Source: an uncultured Candidatus Saccharimonadales bacterium
GTDB taxonomy: Bacteria; Patescibacteriota; Saccharimonadia; UBA4664
Direction of reading: 5' to 3'
Assembly (NCBI GenBank): GCA_964467655.1
Contig: CAYXSN010000006.1
Span: 9,601-73,600, forward strand
DNA: 64,000 nt
Shown here in pieces: positions 37,470 through 48,068 of this stretch. Below the pieces are notes generated by a model that ran no database searches, was not told where the DNA came from, and saw nothing but the letters and a program-made list of their open reading frames with translations. The stretch's first letter is position 1; each line of letters begins with the position of its first letter. The translations under genes were made by a program, and so were the position numbers.

Positions 37470-38540
37470 CTAGCCCCTCATCAGCCTTTCTAACTCTTGA
37501 ACATCCACGGCAAAGTTCTTGGCTTCATCGTAAGTAATCTTGCCTTGCTGAATTAAGCTAACTAACGTGTGATCCATACTCTGCATACCATGTTCTGCAC
37601 CGGTCTGAATCACGGCATCTAGCTGGTGGGTTTTACCTTCACGGATAATATTGCGGACGGCTCCCGTCACTACGAGAATTTCAGCTGCCACCACCCGGCC
37701 GCCGCCAATACCCGGCACCAAGCGCTGGCTACAAATGCCTTGCAGCATACCAGCAATCTGTACCCTGATCTGCTGTTGCTGGTGAGGCGGGAATACGTCA
37801 ATCATACGATCGATAGACTGGGCGGCATTGTTGGTATGCAGAGTAGCTAGCACCAAGTGGCCGGTTTCAGCAATAGTTACTGCCGCCGAAATAGTCTCAA
37901 GATCGCGCATCTCACCGATGAGCACAACATCTGGATCCTGGCGCAAACTCGACCTCAAGGCAGCAGCAAAACTGTAGGTATCGTAGTGAATTTCCCGCTG
38001 AACCACAATCGATTTTTTGGAATTGTGGGCGTACTCAATCGGGTCTTCAATCGTCACAATGTGACAGGCCCGTTCAGAGTTGATCTTATCAACCATAGCC
38101 GCCAGAGTCGTACTCTTACCCGATCCAGTCGGTCCCGTTACCAGCACCAACCCACGCGGAAACTCAGTAAACCCACTCAAGATCTTGGGCATTTGCAGAT
38201 CTTCAAGCGTGCGGATCTTACTGGGAATTAGCCTTAAAGCAGCTGCTAAATTACCGCGCTCGTGGAAGGCATTGACGCGGAAGCGACCATAGTTGCCAAA
38301 AGAGAATGAGAAGTCGACTTCCTTATCCTTGATCAAGATTTCTTTCTGGTCATCATCAAGAATTGAAAAGATCAGCTTTTCGACATCATCAGGCGCCAGA
38401 ACCGGCGCATCAGACACCGGCCGTAAGGCGCCGTCCACCCGCAACATCGGCGCCAGACCTACTTGCAAATGCAAGTCAGAGGCGTCAGCCCGAATCACTT
38501 GTTCCAGTAGCAGCTCAATCTTCAACGCAGTTTTTTCCAC
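37470..38540 (-). CDS. pilT: Type IV pilus retraction ATPase
   Basis: GPTGSGKSTT, EDPIE, RQDPD, AVRNIIRE. Confidence 0.95.
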   Translation of the reverse strand: MEKTALKIELLLEQVIRADASDLHLQVGLAPMLRVDGALRPVSDAPVLAPDDVEKLIFSILDDDQKEILIKDKEVDFSFSFGNYGRFRVNAFHERGNLAAALRLIPSKIRTLEDLQMPKILSGFTEFPRGLVLVTGPTGSGKSTTLAAMVDKINSERACHIVTIEDPIEYAHNSKKSIVVQREIHYDTYSFAAALRSSLRQDPDVVLIGEMRDLETISAAVTIAETGHLVLATLHTNNAAQSIDRMIDVFPPHQQQQIRVQIAGMLQGICSQRLVPGIGGGRVVAAEILVVTGAVRNIIREGKTHQLDAVIQTGAEHGMQSMDHTLVSLIQQGKITYDEAKNFAVDVQELERLMRG

Positions 38541-38596
38541 TCGTCACCTCAAAAGTTACATCTATTAAAGCACAAGCTGTATGAGCTTCACAAGCT

Positions 38597-40369
38597 TTAG
38601 AAATCAGCTGCCACCCGGGCAACTTCTTCTAGGGTTGTTAAGCCATTCAAAGCTTTGAGGTAGCCGTCCTGTTTCATGGTCAACATACCGTCTTTTTGGG
38701 CTTGGTTTTGGACGTCGGTAGTCGTAGCGTGCTGACTCAGCAGTCGCTCCATATCAGTCGTTATCCCAAATACTTCGTAAATACCCACCCGGCCTTTATA
38801 GCCCTTGGAGCAAGCCTTACAACCCACAGCTTTGTACATGGTGTACGATTCCTTGCCGGCTAACGGCAATATGTCGTAGCCGATGTCTTCACCGCTTTTC
38901 TTCATGCCGGACTCAGACTTTGGTAAAACCTCGCCCAACGTGGTCATAACGGATTTGGTCTCAATCGGACTCGTTTCGTAGGCGGTTTTACATTTTTCGC
39001 ACAAACGCCTCACTAAGCGCTGCCCAATCACAGTATTAATCGTGCTAGCAATCAAAAAAGGCTCGATGCCCATATCAAGTAACCGGGGTAGCACACCAGC
39101 AGCGCTGTTGGTATGGATTGTACTTAAAACCACGTGGCCGGTCAGGGCAGCCTGCACTGCCAAATCTGCGGTTTCCTTATCCCGGATCTCCCCCACCAAC
39201 ACCACATTGGGATCTTGGCGCAAGATACTACGCAGGCCACTAGCGAAAGTCAGGCCGACATCAGCATTGACTTGGATTTGGTTAATACCATCCATTTTGT
39301 ACTCAACCGGATCTTCCAGTGTCACAATGTTAATCGATACATCTTTGAGCGCCTGAACCACAGCATACAAAGTCGTGCTCTTCCCCGAACCTGTAGGACC
39401 CGTTGACAATGTCATGCCATGAGGTCGGTGAATACCATCGCTAATCACCCGCAAAGCCCGGCCATGAAAGCCAAGGGCCTCAAGCGTCATGATGCTCGAA
39501 TCCTTTTCCAACAAGCGAATGACCACTTGCTCCCCCCAGACCACGGGCGATATGGCAATACGCAAGTCGATCTCTTTACCACCTGAGCTAATCTGGAACT
39601 GACCGTCCTGTGGCACACGGTGCTCATCAATCCGTAAGTTGCTCAAAATTTTTATACGCGAAATGAGGGCCGGTTCGATGCCTTTGGGTAGCGTCATGGT
39701 TTCCTGCAAAATACCGTCAACACGATAGCGGATCTTGAGCTCCTTTTCCCGAGGCTCAATATGAATATCTGACGCCCGGCTCTGGGCCGCATAATCCAGA
39801 ATGGCATTCAGAGCTCTGGTAATAGGCGCGTCCTGCACCAGCGTCTGCATCGACTTGGCGTCCTTGACGGGCACTTGAGGGTGGTCATCCACCCTGGCAA
39901 CATCGATCGCCGAAGCCACGTCTGCTGCCACATCGCTATGGAACTGGCCGAGGATGTGATCAATAGAGGCCCGAGAAGCCAAATACACGATCACGGTGTT
40001 ACCCACTTTGCGGCTCAGAAAATCAACAGCCTGGATGTTGGTGGGATCAAGCATCGCCACGGCTAATTTGCCTTGTTGCATACCGAAAGGCACAGCCATA
40101 TAGGTTTCAGCTGTTGGTCGTGGCAACATCTTGGTGATGTCCTGAGGCACAGTCATGTTAGTCAGATTGACATACGGCACCCCCATAGCAGCCGCAGACA
40201 ATCTGGTGAGGTCCTCCTCCTTGACTACCCCCTGCTCGGCAATATAGGCGATGAAAGGCTTGTGAGCTTTCTCGGCTTCTGCCCGCATGGCATCAAGCTT
40301 CTCTGAAGGCATGTAATTACCTTCAAGCAGCAGCTGTTCAATCTTTTTCTGGCCTTCAACGGATAGCAT
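38597..40369 (-). CDS. pilB: Type IV pilus extension ATPase
   Basis: ASDIHIEP, PQDG, Walker A, Cys4 motif, GYKGR. Confidence 0.93.
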   Translation of the reverse strand: MLSVEGQKKIEQLLLEGNYMPSEKLDAMRAEAEKAHKPFIAYIAEQGVVKEEDLTRLSAAAMGVPYVNLTNMTVPQDITKMLPRPTAETYMAVPFGMQQGKLAVAMLDPTNIQAVDFLSRKVGNTVIVYLASRASIDHILGQFHSDVAADVASAIDVARVDDHPQVPVKDAKSMQTLVQDAPITRALNAILDYAAQSRASDIHIEPREKELKIRYRVDGILQETMTLPKGIEPALISRIKILSNLRIDEHRVPQDGQFQISSGGKEIDLRIAISPVVWGEQVVIRLLEKDSSIMTLEALGFHGRALRVISDGIHRPHGMTLSTGPTGSGKSTTLYAVVQALKDVSINIVTLEDPVEYKMDGINQIQVNADVGLTFASGLRSILRQDPNVVLVGEIRDKETADLAVQAALTGHVVLSTIHTNSAAGVLPRLLDMGIEPFLIASTINTVIGQRLVRRLCEKCKTAYETSPIETKSVMTTLGEVLPKSESGMKKSGEDIGYDILPLAGKESYTMYKAVGCKACSKGYKGRVGIYEVFGITTDMERLLSQHATTTDVQNQAQKDGMLTMKQDGYLKALNGLTTLEEVARVAADF

Positions 40370-40378
40370 AGGCTAGCC

Positions 40379-40642
40379 TCACTGACCAAACGGCTGCTTG
40401 TTGCCCAAACCCGACAAATCCATGACTGGATTATAATCTTGGGTTTTGTGTGCTCCGTCTTTACCTTGCAGAGCCTGTAAGCCAGCCCCGTCCAATGTGG
40501 CCGGAATCGCCCCGACCCTTTCGATCTCCACGCCATCTTGTTTCGTACTACTTTTTGGCATGAGCTGCGTGTAAGCAACATAACCTGCCGCAAGAAAAAT
40601 GGTTGCTGCCAAGAGTAGATAGACCAGGTCTCGCTGTTTCAT
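40379..40642 (-). CDS. Small membrane-anchored pilus-locus protein
   Basis: N-terminal TM helix, PF C-terminus; sits in the PilP position. Confidence 0.65.
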   Translation of the reverse strand: MKQRDLVYLLLAATIFLAAGYVAYTQLMPKSSTKQDGVEIERVGAIPATLDGAGLQALQGKDGAHKTQDYNPVMDLSGLGNKQPFGQ

Positions 40643-41286
40643 TATTTAATCGTCTCCGTTACAATCGGCAACTTGGAAGTTTTCTCCTGGAAGTAGGTGG
40701 TAATCTCGAGTTGGCTACTCAGAGTTTTATTGCCGCTAATCTGCATATTAGTAACCTTCATCGGCCGGGCGGAGGTTTCAATGGCTTTCAAGAACCTCAC
40801 GGTTGAGTCAAAGCTACCTTCAACCGTCACATTGAACTTAGTACTCTGAGGTGCCGGAGCTCCGACAGTGGCAGTGCCTGATGTGCCAGTTGTAGCACCA
40901 GTCGCCGTAGCAGTAGCAGTTGGTAATGTGCCGGCACCTGGCACGACTGCCCGAACCGTTACACCAGACTGCCCACCCATATTTTCGATAGTCGTTAAAA
41001 TTGAAGCCGAATCTTTATCATTGGGCAGGGCATCGGCTACCACTCGCTGAAGCTCGCCCAATTGACTATAGGCCGCCACCAACAAAGGAGCATTCTCAAC
41101 GTTCTGTTTGAGGGTTGAAGCCGCCTCATCTTTGGCGGTCACCACTTTTTGATCGAGCGCAATCCTGGACCACAATGTTTTACCAGCCAAGGCGGTTAAT
41201 GCTATCACGATAAACGACACCACGATCAATGCGATAATGAGGTTATTGCCTGCCAGTACGGCTTCGGCTTGTTTCCTAGTTGCCAC
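40642..41286 (-). CDS. pilO: PilO-like protein
   Basis: ALP, V.GSF...RFLKAIETSAR; synteny. Confidence 0.75.
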   Translation of the reverse strand: MATRKQAEAVLAGNNLIIALIVVSFIVIALTALAGKTLWSRIALDQKVVTAKDEAASTLKQNVENAPLLVAAYSQLGELQRVVADALPNDKDSASILTTIENMGGQSGVTVRAVVPGAGTLPTATATATGATTGTSGTATVGAPAPQSTKFNVTVEGSFDSTVRFLKAIETSARPMKVTNMQISGNKTLSSQLEITTYFQEKTSKLPIVTETIK

Positions 41287-41860
41287 TGAGCACCTCCTGA
41301 GATACGACCCCGTTGATAATGAACTTCACTCCAGAATTACCTGAACTGGTAGCTGTCGGAATGTTAACAGACGAGAAGTAAGCGCTGTTTGGCACATCGG
41401 TACCAACACCTGTTTTGCTGACTCGGCTCATAGATCGTTGCAGCTTGGCTACTGCGGAGTAAGTCTTGGCGGTACCAGTTACCACTAACACATTTTGGTC
41501 GTTCACCGTAAGAGCTTCAATCGTGACATCAAGAGGGCTCGCCGTCACATACGCTTCAAAGAACTTGGTAAACAGAACCCGATTTGTATACAGAGGACCC
41601 AAAGCCGCCACATGCTGCTGAGCATTTAAAGCTGTCATGAGGCCTTGCGTTCCCTCAAGTGCTTCTTTACGCTCTTGAATCTGACGGTTGAGCACCGTAA
41701 TCCTCACTCCCTGACCGGCCGAGTACAGAAACATCACGAGGACGACACCCCCACATAGCATCCACACAAAGAACGACACGGCGATGGCCATTTGTCGGCG
41801 TTGCGACTCCCGTTGCTTGGCCTGCTTGATATCTGGTAATAGATTGATTAGAACACCCAT
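41276..41860 (-). CDS. pilN: PilN-like protein
   Basis: INLLP motif followed by a TM helix. Confidence 0.85.
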   Translation of the reverse strand: MGVLINLLPDIKQAKQRESQRRQMAIAVSFFVWMLCGGVVLVMFLYSAGQGVRITVLNRQIQERKEALEGTQGLMTALNAQQHVAALGPLYTNRVLFTKFFEAYVTASPLDVTIEALTVNDQNVLVVTGTAKTYSAVAKLQRSMSRVSKTGVGTDVPNSAYFSSVNIPTATSSGNSGVKFIINGVVSQEVLSGN

Positions 41861-41861
41861 A

Positions 41862-42899
41862 TTACACCATTCCTCGGGCAGCTAAGCCCACAGCCGTGGC
41901 GTACTCCGACGACAAGGCCATCAGTTTATCTTGTAAACCAGAGGGGTAAGATGTGTTGATCCAGGCATTTCCAAATTCTACCGGCAGACCCGTTGAGTTA
42001 GCCAAGAATGGCCCCAACTCAGGCAATGCTGAAGCCGCACCAGTGACTACCAATTTCTCCAGCTTAGCTTCAGGGTAGCGGCCCAGAAAGTATTTGGAAG
42101 ACTTCTCAATTTCAGTCACCATACTATCGAGTGTCGGCTTAATTGCTTTGTACACTTGGCCTTCCAGCTTCGATTGAGTCAAACCAAATTTGTAAGTAAA
42201 CTGGGTAGCTTGAGTTTCGTTCAGTCCCAAGGTTTGGGCTACAGTTCTCACGAAGGTCAGACCGCCTACAGGCACGCTCCTGATCAGGCGAGGCGTATTA
42301 TTAAGCACGATGGAAACGTCACTATCAAGAGAACCAAGGTCAACCACCATCACACCGTTCGGACTCGCCGGCACCAGCGCCCGGGCAGTCGCCATGGCAT
42401 TGGTTTCCAGCGCCAGCGGTTCGAGACCGGCATTCTCGAGCAATTGGACATATTTCTCGACTACCGATACTGGAGCCGCTGTCAATAACACTTCGAGTTG
42501 CTTACCATCCTTGGTTTCGTCGACGACAGCCCAGTCTAGCTTAACCTGGTCGATGGCCATCGGAATGTATTGCTCTGCTTGATAACGTATAGCTTTAGCC
42601 AGCTGGGCACTATCCAGCTTAGGTGTGGTAATAACAGTGGTGAAAACCTTGCTACCCGGTAAGCCCACCACAACCTCTTTGGCGGGCACACGGTTCTCAC
42701 GAACGAGTTGAGCTACCAGCTGACTAATCTTGTCTTGGTCGGCCCTGGAGTCACTCAGCGCCAAGTTAGCCGGCACCGGCAAAGCCCCATATGCTACAAG
42801 GGCAGGATGCACACCACTACGGCGTAACTGTACCAAGCGCACAGCCGTCGATCCAATATCGAGGCCGAAGAATTCTGTCTCTTTTACAAAAAGTCCCAT
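41862..42899 (-). CDS. pilM: Type IV pilus assembly protein PilM
   Basis: GLDIGS actin-like fold, AEQYIP, AVGLA. Confidence 0.93.
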   Translation of the reverse strand: MGLFVKETEFFGLDIGSTAVRLVQLRRSGVHPALVAYGALPVPANLALSDSRADQDKISQLVAQLVRENRVPAKEVVVGLPGSKVFTTVITTPKLDSAQLAKAIRYQAEQYIPMAIDQVKLDWAVVDETKDGKQLEVLLTAAPVSVVEKYVQLLENAGLEPLALETNAMATARALVPASPNGVMVVDLGSLDSDVSIVLNNTPRLIRSVPVGGLTFVRTVAQTLGLNETQATQFTYKFGLTQSKLEGQVYKAIKPTLDSMVTEIEKSSKYFLGRYPEAKLEKLVVTGAASALPELGPFLANSTGLPVEFGNAWINTSYPSGLQDKLMALSSEYATAVGLAARGMV

Positions 42900-42980
42900 T
42901 GCCGCTAGCTTACCATAACCACTTTAGAAACGACAGACTTTTTTGTACTCACCTCTTTGTATCCTCCTAACACACTTCAT

Positions 42981-44894
42981 TTAGAATAATGGCTGCTTTT
43001 CCCCTTGGCCGTCCAGTTCAATCGCTGACACACTGGAGCTAAACAACGGCGGCGGGTTCAAATAAATTTGGGGATTGAGTACTACCCTCTCGGCAATCAC
43101 TGCTCCACTGCCCGACGCCCCCAGCCGGCTAAAACTCATCTGTCTAGCCATCAAAAAGCCGTTGACAGTCAGTTGATTGGCGCAGGCCGATGAGTGATCG
43201 AGGCAAGTGTCAATACGGCCCTGCGATGAAAAAAGATAAGCATCAACCCTGGTAACACCAGCCGCAATACCAATATTACCCTGAGCGATAATACCCAAAC
43301 CTGGTAATGACCGGGCGCTAAAACCGCCTGGATCAACTTGGATACTGCCGTTGATCAGCACCGATCCATTGGGTACCACGATCGTCAGGTTGCCCGAAAT
43401 CGTACCATAGAGTTGTAACGCACCGCCTCCGTTGTAGTAATACACGCCCGACTTGCCGCTCACGTTAAAACTTGGGCCGGCAATATCGGGACCTCGTGGA
43501 CCGGTGTAAGCTGCGGCCACTGCCAGTAAATTGGGGCGACACAATGTAGCATACCCGCCATTAGCGCCGAGGTTCAGGGTATTTGACCCTCGATTTGAGC
43601 TGAAATGGCTGATAGTACCTGAAGCCGCAACCACATAATCGCCATACGATCCGGCAACCAGGTTACCAGTAACAGGACTAGCTAGTGACATCACACCCCC
43701 GCAAATCCCACCCCCAGCATAAACGTCACCATTTTGGGCTGATATGCCAGGATACCTGGGTGATACCACTGTATAAGATACCGTCGTACACACCACAGTA
43801 TTAGTGGCATCTGCTGGCCCAAAGCACACCGGAAACGAGAATATCCCCGATGCCGCAGCCGACACCTGGAACCTAAAGCTCGCGGTTGTCACAGCGCCGC
43901 CCGGTAACGAATTAGTATTCCAGAACCAACTACCACCACTATAAGGTGACACCAAGGTTGAGCCAGTGCTATATCCCCTACTGGCCGTCAAGCCACCAAA
44001 GTCATTCTGATTTGCCGGTGAGCAGGGGTTGCCGGCACAAGGTACATTAACCTGGCCTGGGCGATAAGCCTCGACCTTCCCGGGTAATGAAGCTGCCAAC
44101 GCTGAATTATTAGTCAGAGTAATATTCATATCCACGAAATCACCTGGATTAACTGTGAGTGCCGGCCCAGCCGAAATACTCACTTCAGCCAACACCGAGC
44201 TGGGGAACGCCGATTGCACACCAGTCATATTGGCGCATTTCTTCTTAATCGAAAAAACCGTTCCATCAGGATGATGAAAGACTATCATTTCTTCAGTGCC
44301 TTCATCATGAACGCCACCAAAAATAACATCTGACATAGCCACGGCTCCTGAGGCGTCAGTTGCTACGCCAAACCCATTGATAGTACCGAACGGCATAAAC
44401 ACCATTTCATCAAAGTTTACCGATGCTCCTGGTATGCTACCGTTAGCATACGCCCGCACAGTAGCTTCCCATTGTGGAAACAATGATTGGGCCAATGACA
44501 CTCCTATTTGCCAACGCGTTGGACTTGGCGGGCCTAGCCTTGGGTCGTCAGTCCTCACACCCATCATCATATTGATGATGGCAGATGCCCGAGCAGCGTC
44601 ACCGTCAGGATTCGCAGGATTGTTCAAAAACGCCTGCATTACATTTATAAACTCATCAACCGTCGTAATATCAGTCACATAGTCAGGCGTATCCCAGTCC
44701 AGTGGGATACCATGCGACATAACCCAGGTATGATTAGCCCAGTCATGCCAAGCACCATCGTAATAACCATTCTGACCCACAACCCCAAACGTATCAGCCT
44801 TAATAACTGGAGCAGCCACCAATATGTTCGCGCACCAACCTACGAACCACATCATAAATACCATAAATGTCCGTTGATACTGCCGTTTGTTCAC
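42981..44894 (-). CDS. Large secreted protein (Ig-like domain + beta-rich C-terminus), paralog of 45487-47403
   Basis: Signal peptide; conserved C-terminus VTRVDAYLF..QGRIDTC...PQIYLNPP...GEKQPL. Confidence 0.75.
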   Translation of the reverse strand: MNKRQYQRTFMVFMMWFVGWCANILVAAPVIKADTFGVVGQNGYYDGAWHDWANHTWVMSHGIPLDWDTPDYVTDITTVDEFINVMQAFLNNPANPDGDAARASAIINMMMGVRTDDPRLGPPSPTRWQIGVSLAQSLFPQWEATVRAYANGSIPGASVNFDEMVFMPFGTINGFGVATDASGAVAMSDVIFGGVHDEGTEEMIVFHHPDGTVFSIKKKCANMTGVQSAFPSSVLAEVSISAGPALTVNPGDFVDMNITLTNNSALAASLPGKVEAYRPGQVNVPCAGNPCSPANQNDFGGLTASRGYSTGSTLVSPYSGGSWFWNTNSLPGGAVTTASFRFQVSAAASGIFSFPVCFGPADATNTVVCTTVSYTVVSPRYPGISAQNGDVYAGGGICGGVMSLASPVTGNLVAGSYGDYVVAASGTISHFSSNRGSNTLNLGANGGYATLCRPNLLAVAAAYTGPRGPDIAGPSFNVSGKSGVYYYNGGGALQLYGTISGNLTIVVPNGSVLINGSIQVDPGGFSARSLPGLGIIAQGNIGIAAGVTRVDAYLFSSQGRIDTCLDHSSACANQLTVNGFLMARQMSFSRLGASGSGAVIAERVVLNPQIYLNPPPLFSSSVSAIELDGQGEKQPLF

Positions 44895-45409
44895 TTGTTA
44901 GCTCCCAAAGTTGCTATCCGTTTTTTAAGCCACGCCACATCTTCAGCATCGGGCGTGCCAGTTGACTGCATAGCATTCAACTGTTTTTCATAATATTGAA
45001 CAGCTGTAGCTTTATCGCCCATCCGCTCCGATACCCGAGCGATTGCCCCATATTCTGCTTGGCGACCTCCCGGATTATGAGACTCAGCATTGCGGTAAGC
45101 CGCTAATGCATCCGACCACTCACCTTTCATTTCATACATAGTACCAATGTAAATATATGCCTCATAACGATTCGCTCGATACCAGCCTCCATGGAGGTAA
45201 CTGTCCATAGCCGATATTCCAACATCAAACTGGTGGGCAGCTCTTGCTGCATCAAGCCTACTCTTGGCTGCATCGAAGTCTTTAGCATCAGCTGATTTTG
45301 CGGTCATCCATACAACCACAGACATGATAGTAACTACTGCAACTATGGCACCTAGTATTAGTAGGAGCCTATGTTGACGATTATTTTGTCTGCGTTCAAC
45401 TTTGGGCAT
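44891..45409 (-). CDS. Membrane-anchored TPR protein
   Basis: TM helix then TPR helices; start ATG 45409 from the conserved upstream motif. Confidence 0.75.
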   Translation of the reverse strand: MPKVERRQNNRQHRLLLILGAIVAVVTIMSVVVWMTAKSADAKDFDAAKSRLDAARAAHQFDVGISAMDSYLHGGWYRANRYEAYIYIGTMYEMKGEWSDALAAYRNAESHNPGGRQAEYGAIARVSERMGDKATAVQYYEKQLNAMQSTGTPDAEDVAWLKKRIATLGANK

Positions 45410-45486
45410 GAATCCACTTACGCTTAACACTCTAAAGTATAGACTCTGGACATATCTACCGCAACCAGTGAATCGATATCTCAAGC

Positions 45487-47403
45487 TCAATAGAGTGGCT
45501 GTTTTTCGCCGCTACCGCCCAATTTGATCTCGGCAGCACTCGCTGTGAACAGCTGAGGCGGGTTGAGGTATATTTGAGGCGTCATCACAATTTTTTCGGC
45601 CATCACGGCACCACTACCAGCCGGACCCATCCGGCTCAGGCTCAACTGTCGGCCCATCAGGAAGCCGTTAACCACCAAGGTATTGGCGCATAAACTTGAG
45701 TGTTCAATACAGGTATCGATACGGCCTTGGGAAGCGAATAAATACGCGTCTACCCGGGTGACACTCGCCGCAATGGTAATATCGTCACGGGCAATAATGC
45801 CCAAACTCGGCAATGACCGGGCAGCGTAACCCCCCGTATTATTTTGGACTGGTCCGTTAATGAATACTGAACTGTTTGGAGCTACAACTGTCAGATTACC
45901 CGATACATTACCAGACAATTGCAAGGGCGCAGCGCCAAAGTAGTAAAACACCCCTGACTTGCCGGTCACACTGAAGCTCGAACCTAAAATATTTGGACCA
46001 CGAGGACCAGTATACTTTTGAGCGATATCCAAGAGGTCGGGCCGACACATAGTAGCGTAGCCCCCATTCGCTCCTAGATTAAGCGTATTGCTACCTCCGC
46101 CAGAGCTGAAATTGCTAATAGTACCCGACGCTGCCACTGCATAATCGCCATAAGAACCCGCCGCCACCTGGCCGCGAATATCGCCTAAGGTGACGAGAGC
46201 TCCACACGACCCACCTTCGAGTGCACCACCCGCCTGTACATTGCCATTCTGAACAGATATTGCCGGGTACCGTTGAGCGACGGCTGCTACGGTAAAAGTC
46301 GCCACATGGCAAAAGGGCGTGGTAATGCCGCTAGAGGCTACGAAACAAACCGGAAATGAGAACGGCCCTGGCGGCGCACTAAGCGGAACAGTAAATTCAA
46401 ACTGGGCCATGGTAACAGTTGAGGCAGGTAGCGCATTGGTCATCCAGAACCAGTTACTGCCGCTATAACCCGAAGCCAAAGTTGAGCTTGTGGCATACCC
46501 TTGCCCGGAGCTCATGCCTGAGTCAAAAGGCAATTGCCCGGCCGGAGCACAAGGACTACCAGCACATGGCACCGCCACCTGTCCGCCTAGAGGCCGGTAC
46601 ACCTCCACTTTGCCGGCCGGCACCGACGATGTAGCCGATATGTTCGTCAGGGAAACTTGGGTTTGCACCGTCTGGCCCGGTAAAACTGTAGCATCGGGCC
46701 CCATATTTACATCGACGCCATAATTAGAGGTTAGACCGATCATATTGGCGCAGGATTTTAAAATGGTAACCAATGGCGTACCGTCAGGAGCCGAAAACTC
46801 AACCGTTGGTCCGTTGATAGTTTCTTCGAGAATATGGTAAATGCCGTCATTGGCCGGTGTCGGCGGAATACCCGGACCCGGCGAATGAGCCGATACTGCT
46901 CCCGACCAGTCATGAGGCCAGTCACCCGAGAAGTTAGCATTAAAATTCGCCTGACCCGCTGCATCATAAGCGTTAACTAGATTAACCCACTCCGCCCATC
47001 GTGATTGGGCAATTTGCACCCCATTTTGCCAGCGGTTAGGAAACGGCCCGTCGAAGGCTGGATCAGTCGCATCGACTCCCAACATAATATTTACGAGCAC
47101 CGAGGCCCGAGCCCGGTTATGGTCGGTTGGTGACCATAACCGCTTCTGGATCTCGTTGATAAAAATTGTGGCATCCATATAGTTAGCTGGTGAACTATAT
47201 GGATCAGGCATAAAGCCTGGATATGGGATGTCTGGTGACACATCAAACATATACCAAGCATCCCAATCATAGGTATCGGTATAATACCAATGATCAAGTG
47301 TCCTACCATAATCTGGACCACCAGCACTCACCGGTAGTGCCGGCATCAATGTAGCCACCAAGGCGGCAATCAAAATGATCCGGCGCCACGCCGCTAATCT
47401 CAC
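45487..47403 (-). CDS. Large secreted protein, paralog of 42981-44894
   Basis: Signal peptide; same architecture. Confidence 0.75.
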   Translation of the reverse strand: MRLAAWRRIILIAALVATLMPALPVSAGGPDYGRTLDHWYYTDTYDWDAWYMFDVSPDIPYPGFMPDPYSSPANYMDATIFINEIQKRLWSPTDHNRARASVLVNIMLGVDATDPAFDGPFPNRWQNGVQIAQSRWAEWVNLVNAYDAAGQANFNANFSGDWPHDWSGAVSAHSPGPGIPPTPANDGIYHILEETINGPTVEFSAPDGTPLVTILKSCANMIGLTSNYGVDVNMGPDATVLPGQTVQTQVSLTNISATSSVPAGKVEVYRPLGGQVAVPCAGSPCAPAGQLPFDSGMSSGQGYATSSTLASGYSGSNWFWMTNALPASTVTMAQFEFTVPLSAPPGPFSFPVCFVASSGITTPFCHVATFTVAAVAQRYPAISVQNGNVQAGGALEGGSCGALVTLGDIRGQVAAGSYGDYAVAASGTISNFSSGGGSNTLNLGANGGYATMCRPDLLDIAQKYTGPRGPNILGSSFSVTGKSGVFYYFGAAPLQLSGNVSGNLTVVAPNSSVFINGPVQNNTGGYAARSLPSLGIIARDDITIAASVTRVDAYLFASQGRIDTCIEHSSLCANTLVVNGFLMGRQLSLSRMGPAGSGAVMAEKIVMTPQIYLNPPQLFTASAAEIKLGGSGEKQPLY

Positions 47404-47954
47404 CGACTGCCCTCTATGCGTTGGTTAATGCGCTCAAGCGTGTCGATATCCATACCGAAATGCTTGTCGTTGGTAGCTTTCATAAATTCTATAGCTTTAC
47501 GGTTATAGTCGAGTGCCGTTTGCTTATCTCCTAGAGTATAAGCGCATCGGCCGATACCAGTTAAGACCGCCAAGATTGCTTCAGTAGCCTTGGCTTCGGC
47601 TTGCCGATAAACAAGCAGGGCTTGCTGAAAATCACCTTTTTGCTCATATACTGCCCCGATATGTGCGTACATCTGGGCTGCTCGCTGATTATTGATAGCC
47701 GATGCAATATAATTTTCACCTGCCTTTACGGCATCATCGTACAGACGTCGGCTTTTATCGGTAGTGAGTAGATTAAAAGCGGTGTCATAACTAGCCTTAT
47801 CGCGAGCATCTGCCGCTGCTGCCTCAGTGTTTCGCCGCAGCATTTCTTTGTATTGCCAAAAAACCACTCCCCCACCAGCCAACAAGCCAAAAACCACAAT
47901 TATGAGCAAGACACGGCGGGACCGAGATAGGTCTCGATGTACAACGTGAGGCAT
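47400..47954 (-). CDS. Membrane-anchored TPR protein
   Basis: TM helix, IGAVYEQKGDFQQAL..YRQAE; paralog of 44891-45409. Confidence 0.75.
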   Translation of the reverse strand: MPHVVHRDLSRSRRVLLIIVVFGLLAGGGVVFWQYKEMLRRNTEAAAADARDKASYDTAFNLLTTDKSRRLYDDAVKAGENYIASAINNQRAAQMYAHIGAVYEQKGDFQQALLVYRQAEAKATEAILAVLTGIGRCAYTLGDKQTALDYNRKAIEFMKATNDKHFGMDIDTLERINQRIEGSR

Positions 47955-48068
47955 AATTCCACTTACGTTTAATGAACCAACTATACCGCGCCCCACCATC
48001 AGACGCAATCACTCATCACACTGCGGTTAATGGATTATTTCGACAAAATCAGGTACAATTACCCGGCT

